A stretch of 63,905 nt of DNA, counting the filler, from Folioceros fuciformis (Eukaryota), in assembly GCA_049999805.1 (NCBI GenBank). It is 5 parts of 5 records of this genome, joined end to end, with 100 filler letters (N's around TTAATTAATTAA, not from the genome) between each part and the next. Parts side by side here need not be neighbours in the genome. Positions count along the whole stretch, not along the records: positions 60,632 to 63,905 come from JBNGIO010006151.1; 4 more parts are not named here. The stretch is one strand, 5' to 3'. This document shows positions 60,632 to 63,905 of the stretch, one piece after another. The notes beneath the pieces are model-generated. The model was not told where the DNA came from. It did not search any database and was given only the letters and a program-made list of their open reading frames with translations. The number at the start of each line of letters is the position of its first letter. Position 1 is the first letter of the stretch. The translations under genes and the position numbers were made by a program.

Positions 60632-62039
60632 CAAGTGGGCAAGACCGTTCTAATTGGAGTGAAGCTTTACAACTTTAATAAGTTGAGGAAGAATTTTAAG
60701 ATTTGATGTTTGCGAGGTGACTGACAAATAAATTTGGGGGAATATGTTAACAACATAGTGAGCTTGGTATAAAGATTGTACTAATCCTTAAATCTAAGCT
60801 AGATTTTAAATGTTATTATGTCCTAGAGGCCTAAAAGAACTAATTAGCTTAAACTTCAATACAAAGAAATCTTAAAAGGTTAGCTAATTAGGTGCTATAA
60901 AAGGTTAGATGAATTTATTTGGGAAAGGTGTCAATAGAAGAGTAGACTCTATGGAGCCTTTGTTGATGTGGAGCAGAGATTCTAGCATGGATCAATAAAG
61001 TTATATTGCTTTTACGTGTGATTGAATGATTATGATATGTTTGCTATATTATGATGATGATAAAAGCATGTTGGATATGTTGGTTATTGTTGAATGATAA
61101 GAGTAAGTCTAGAGATGGGATGCAAAGATTTGTCCTAAGAATGCATGATTGAGCAACTAACTCTGTAGATTTCACAAATCCCTAACATTCGATCCTTGAA
61201 ATATTCAATATGACTATAATGATGCTAATCCTTGAAATACTCACTACGACTATATATAGCAATACTAAAGTGTAATATTCACTGTAGAACGAGATTCAAG
61301 AGTGTCTATTCGGCAAGAACCAAATGAACCAAATGCTCAGTTCCATAGACCCCATGGCCATGCAATTCATGAAGTGAGGTGTCGGGGAGTGCAAAGATAA
61401 GAGTACATGTGCACATCATGGGATGTGAACTTCAAGTTGGTGGTGGAAATGCCTCACCTCCTTCATGGTTTTGGACAAATGAGGTACCCGTAAGTGGTTC
61501 GTGACTTCATATACCAAACAAAACAGGTTTTTGGTATTGAACCACCCATAGCCCATTAGCAGGGTTGAGTGGTATTGCTATTCGCCTCACCTGGTCCCCT
61601 CTTTCCGTTTCTGCCCCCCTCTCACTTCTAGACTCCGCTTTTACAAAGACGAGCTTCGAGTTAATCCTCCCTCTGCTAAAGTTCCTACCCTGCCCTGCTA
61701 CCTCAGTTCCCCCCTATCTTTCAAACTCCACACACTCATAGGTCAATTTCGTGTTAGCTCCCTCCACCTCCGGATTGAGACCGACCATTGGCTCAAGCCT
61801 ACCCCTCCCTAAGACGAAAGGATCTGCAAGCTTTGCTCCTTGGATCCTGAATTTGAATCACACTTCCTCTTTTATTGATATGCCTACGCCCATATTCGGT
61901 CTCGTTACTCTCTTCTTCTTGAGTGTGCCGGCTTCTCACTGCGCAGATTTTTTTCTTTCCACATTCCTAGGCTCTATGGACTATGTCTCTCTGAGCTTCT
62001 TGATCTTCGGCAGTCCTTGTTGGACTCCTTGTAGTCATC

Positions 62040-62410
62040 GCCTTCTTTTCTTCTGTTTCCCTCATATAGGTACTTCTTCTCTAGTTTAGAAAGGAGTCAT
62101 TGCCTTCTTCTCTAGTTTAGAAAGGAGTCATTGCCTTCTTCTCTAGTTTAGAAAGGAGTCATTGCCTTCTTTTCTGTTTCCTTCATATAGGTACTCCTTC
62201 TCTAGTTTAGAAAGGAGTCATTGCCTTCTTTTCTGTTTCCCTTATATAGGTACTCCTTCTCTAGTTTAGAAAGGAGTTATTGCCTTCTTTTCTGTTTCCC
62301 TCATATAGGTACTCCTTCTCTAGTTCAGAAAGGAGTCATTGCCTTCTTTTTTTTATTTCCCTCATATAGGTACTCCTTCTTTAGTTCAGAAAGGAGTCAT
62401 TGCCTTCTTA
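62040..62410. repeat. Minisatellite, about 59-bp unit with two shortened units of about 31 bp
   Basis: ctagtttagaaaggagtcattgccttcttttctgtttccctcatataggtactccttct repeated head to tail. Confidence 0.9.
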
Positions 62411-62427
62411 CACTATACTATCTCTGT

Positions 62428-62593
62428 CCCATGATGGTTCTTCCATCTTTAGTGAACATAAATAAACTTGTTGTTGTTGTATTTAGTCTACTTACTTTTG
62501 TGGCAAGCCTCCCATGATGGTTCTTCCATCTTTAGTGGACATAAATAAACTTGTTGTTGTTGTATTTAGTCTACTTACTTTTGTGGCAAGCCT
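62428..62593. repeat. Direct tandem duplication of about 83 bp
   Basis: cccatgatggttcttccatctttagtg...ttgtggcaagcct occurs twice. Confidence 0.85.
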
Positions 62594-62779
62594 TTTCTTC
62601 GTAATCAAGTCCTGTGTAGCTTATGGATTTTGAGCACAAGACACGGGGTAGGAAGACATTTCCCTTCACTCGAACACAAGGCAATCCAAGCTCCACCTGA
62701 CCACGCAAAGCACAAACACCCTAGGCTATATATAAATTAGATCAAGCATAAAAACGCTAGGCTATATATAAATTAGATC

Positions 62780-63792
62780 TCAGTAGGGATATGGCTCGAT
62801 GAGGAGCCTCTCATAGGGGCCAACGTAAGTCTGGCCGTTCACCTCGCCGCTTCCTTCCGATGTTTTGTCCGCAGCAATGTTGTCGGCGTTGAGGCGGAGG
62901 AAGACATTGGGAAGGTCGGAGATGCCGGAGCTGACAAGCCTCAAGGAATGGCTTGCGAAGCCGTCTACGCTGTTCAAGCGCACGGTGAACTTGGTGAGGT
63001 CATCCACAGCCTCGACAGGGTAAGTGCGGCCGACGCCTTTGGGGTGAAAGGTGGGGCTGTCGGGACTGGGTTTCTGCTCTTTGAACACAGTGGCATCAAG
63101 GTGCAGATACTGGTTGAAGAGAAGGGACTTGATGGCGTAGACTTCCTCTCCGTCGGCGGTCAGGCCCTGCAGAACCATTTCAAACCTCTCGAAGGTGAAT
63201 CGACCCACTTGCAGATTCACCACACCCCCGGGCCCGTCGATGCGCAGATAGGCGTTGGGTACGCCTGTGGAGCGGATGGACACGGGGATGCCGAAGGGCC
63301 GTGCATCCTGTGGAGGCGACGGCAGCTCGAAGTGGAATAGGTCGGTGGCGGTGTTGCCTGGGAAGTTCCAGGTGCCGTCAATCACCTGCTTGCCATCCGT
63401 GAAGGCTAGAGTGCCGGTGTAGAGGACGTCGGGGTGCGCGCTGGAGACGCCGTTGGCGTCGAGGTACTTTTTGCGGAGGACGACCTGGTCCTTGCCCACA
63501 AGTTCACCTGCAAGCAGATGGGCAGGTTTGTAGGCATTTTGAAGCAATTGCACTGATGATGGATTGATGAGGAGTCGTCTTGAAAGTTTTTGGTCAGGAG
63601 AGCAAGGTGTGTCACAAGCGGAAGAGGGTGGTTATACTAACCTTCCCATATGAATTCACCGACGTCGTCGTAACCATGGCCAGTGTAACTGGAGCCTGCC
63701 ACATCCAAGGTGAAATTGGTGCCGGGGTGTTGCTGGCCATCTTGCACATAATATCCTGTCCAGGGTCCTGTATAAGGCGTCCCCTGCCACAT
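62780..63792 (-). CDS. Two-domain protein: N-terminal small beta-barrel plus C-terminal fascin-like beta-trefoil; exons 63792-63642 and 63507-62780
   Basis: A GT-AG phase-1 intron joins MWQGTPYTGPWTGYYVQDGQ...GHGYDDVGEFIWE to GELVGKDQVVLRKKY. The C-terminal half has three SIRS..PNAYLRIDG / AIKS..NQYLHLDA / PNVFLRLNA repeats. 292 aa if ATG 63792 is the start; an upstream exon beyond the window is possible. Confidence 0.75.
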
Positions 63793-63905
63793 ATCCAAAT
63801 CACGAAATGTGGGGATATTGCAAGAAATGCAAAGCTAGTCTACAGCAGACAAATGCATTGTTAAGATAACAAGCTCTGTCACACTTAGGGTTGTATATAT
63901 TTAAT

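Noticed and set aside
62040-62410. CRISPR-like array
   Set aside because: The sequences between repeats are themselves copies, so there are no unique spacers. It is a minisatellite in a eukaryote with no cas genes.
62780-63553. ORF-track start MQLLQNAYKP for the fascin-like gene
   Set aside because: That segment lies in the predicted intron; a better upstream exon at 63792-63642 completes the domain.

Overview
Eukaryotic land-plant nuclear DNA, most likely a hornwort. This is inferred from compact GT-AG introns, Arabidopsis-type CCCTAAA telomere repeats and GRP-terminated DYW:KP PPR genes. The window is not one locus: four N44-TTAATTAATTAA-N44 linkers join five scaffolds (1-17472, 17573-40188, 40289-56654, 56755-60531, 60632-63905). 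Intron-containing housekeeping genes are a PDIL1-5/6-type protein disulfide isomerase, a GRWD1/RRB1 WD40 protein, a sphingolipid delta-4 desaturase, a threonine aldolase and an FQR1/WrbA quinone reductase. There is also much transposon debris (Harbinger, Copia, a possible two-ORF DNA transposon) and a probable chromosome end. The most interesting content is three intronless PLS-class PPR genes. Two end in the DYW:KP 'GRP' domain linked to reverse U-to-C RNA editing, and one very long one ends in a catalytically dead DYW:WW domain. All three carry an N-terminal motif matching the PDF nucleic-acid-binding motif of plant OSB proteins. A two-exon gene at the right end encodes a microbial-looking beta-barrel plus fascin-like beta-trefoil protein, a horizontal-transfer candidate. 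All family assignments come from motif recognition by eye, not database searches.
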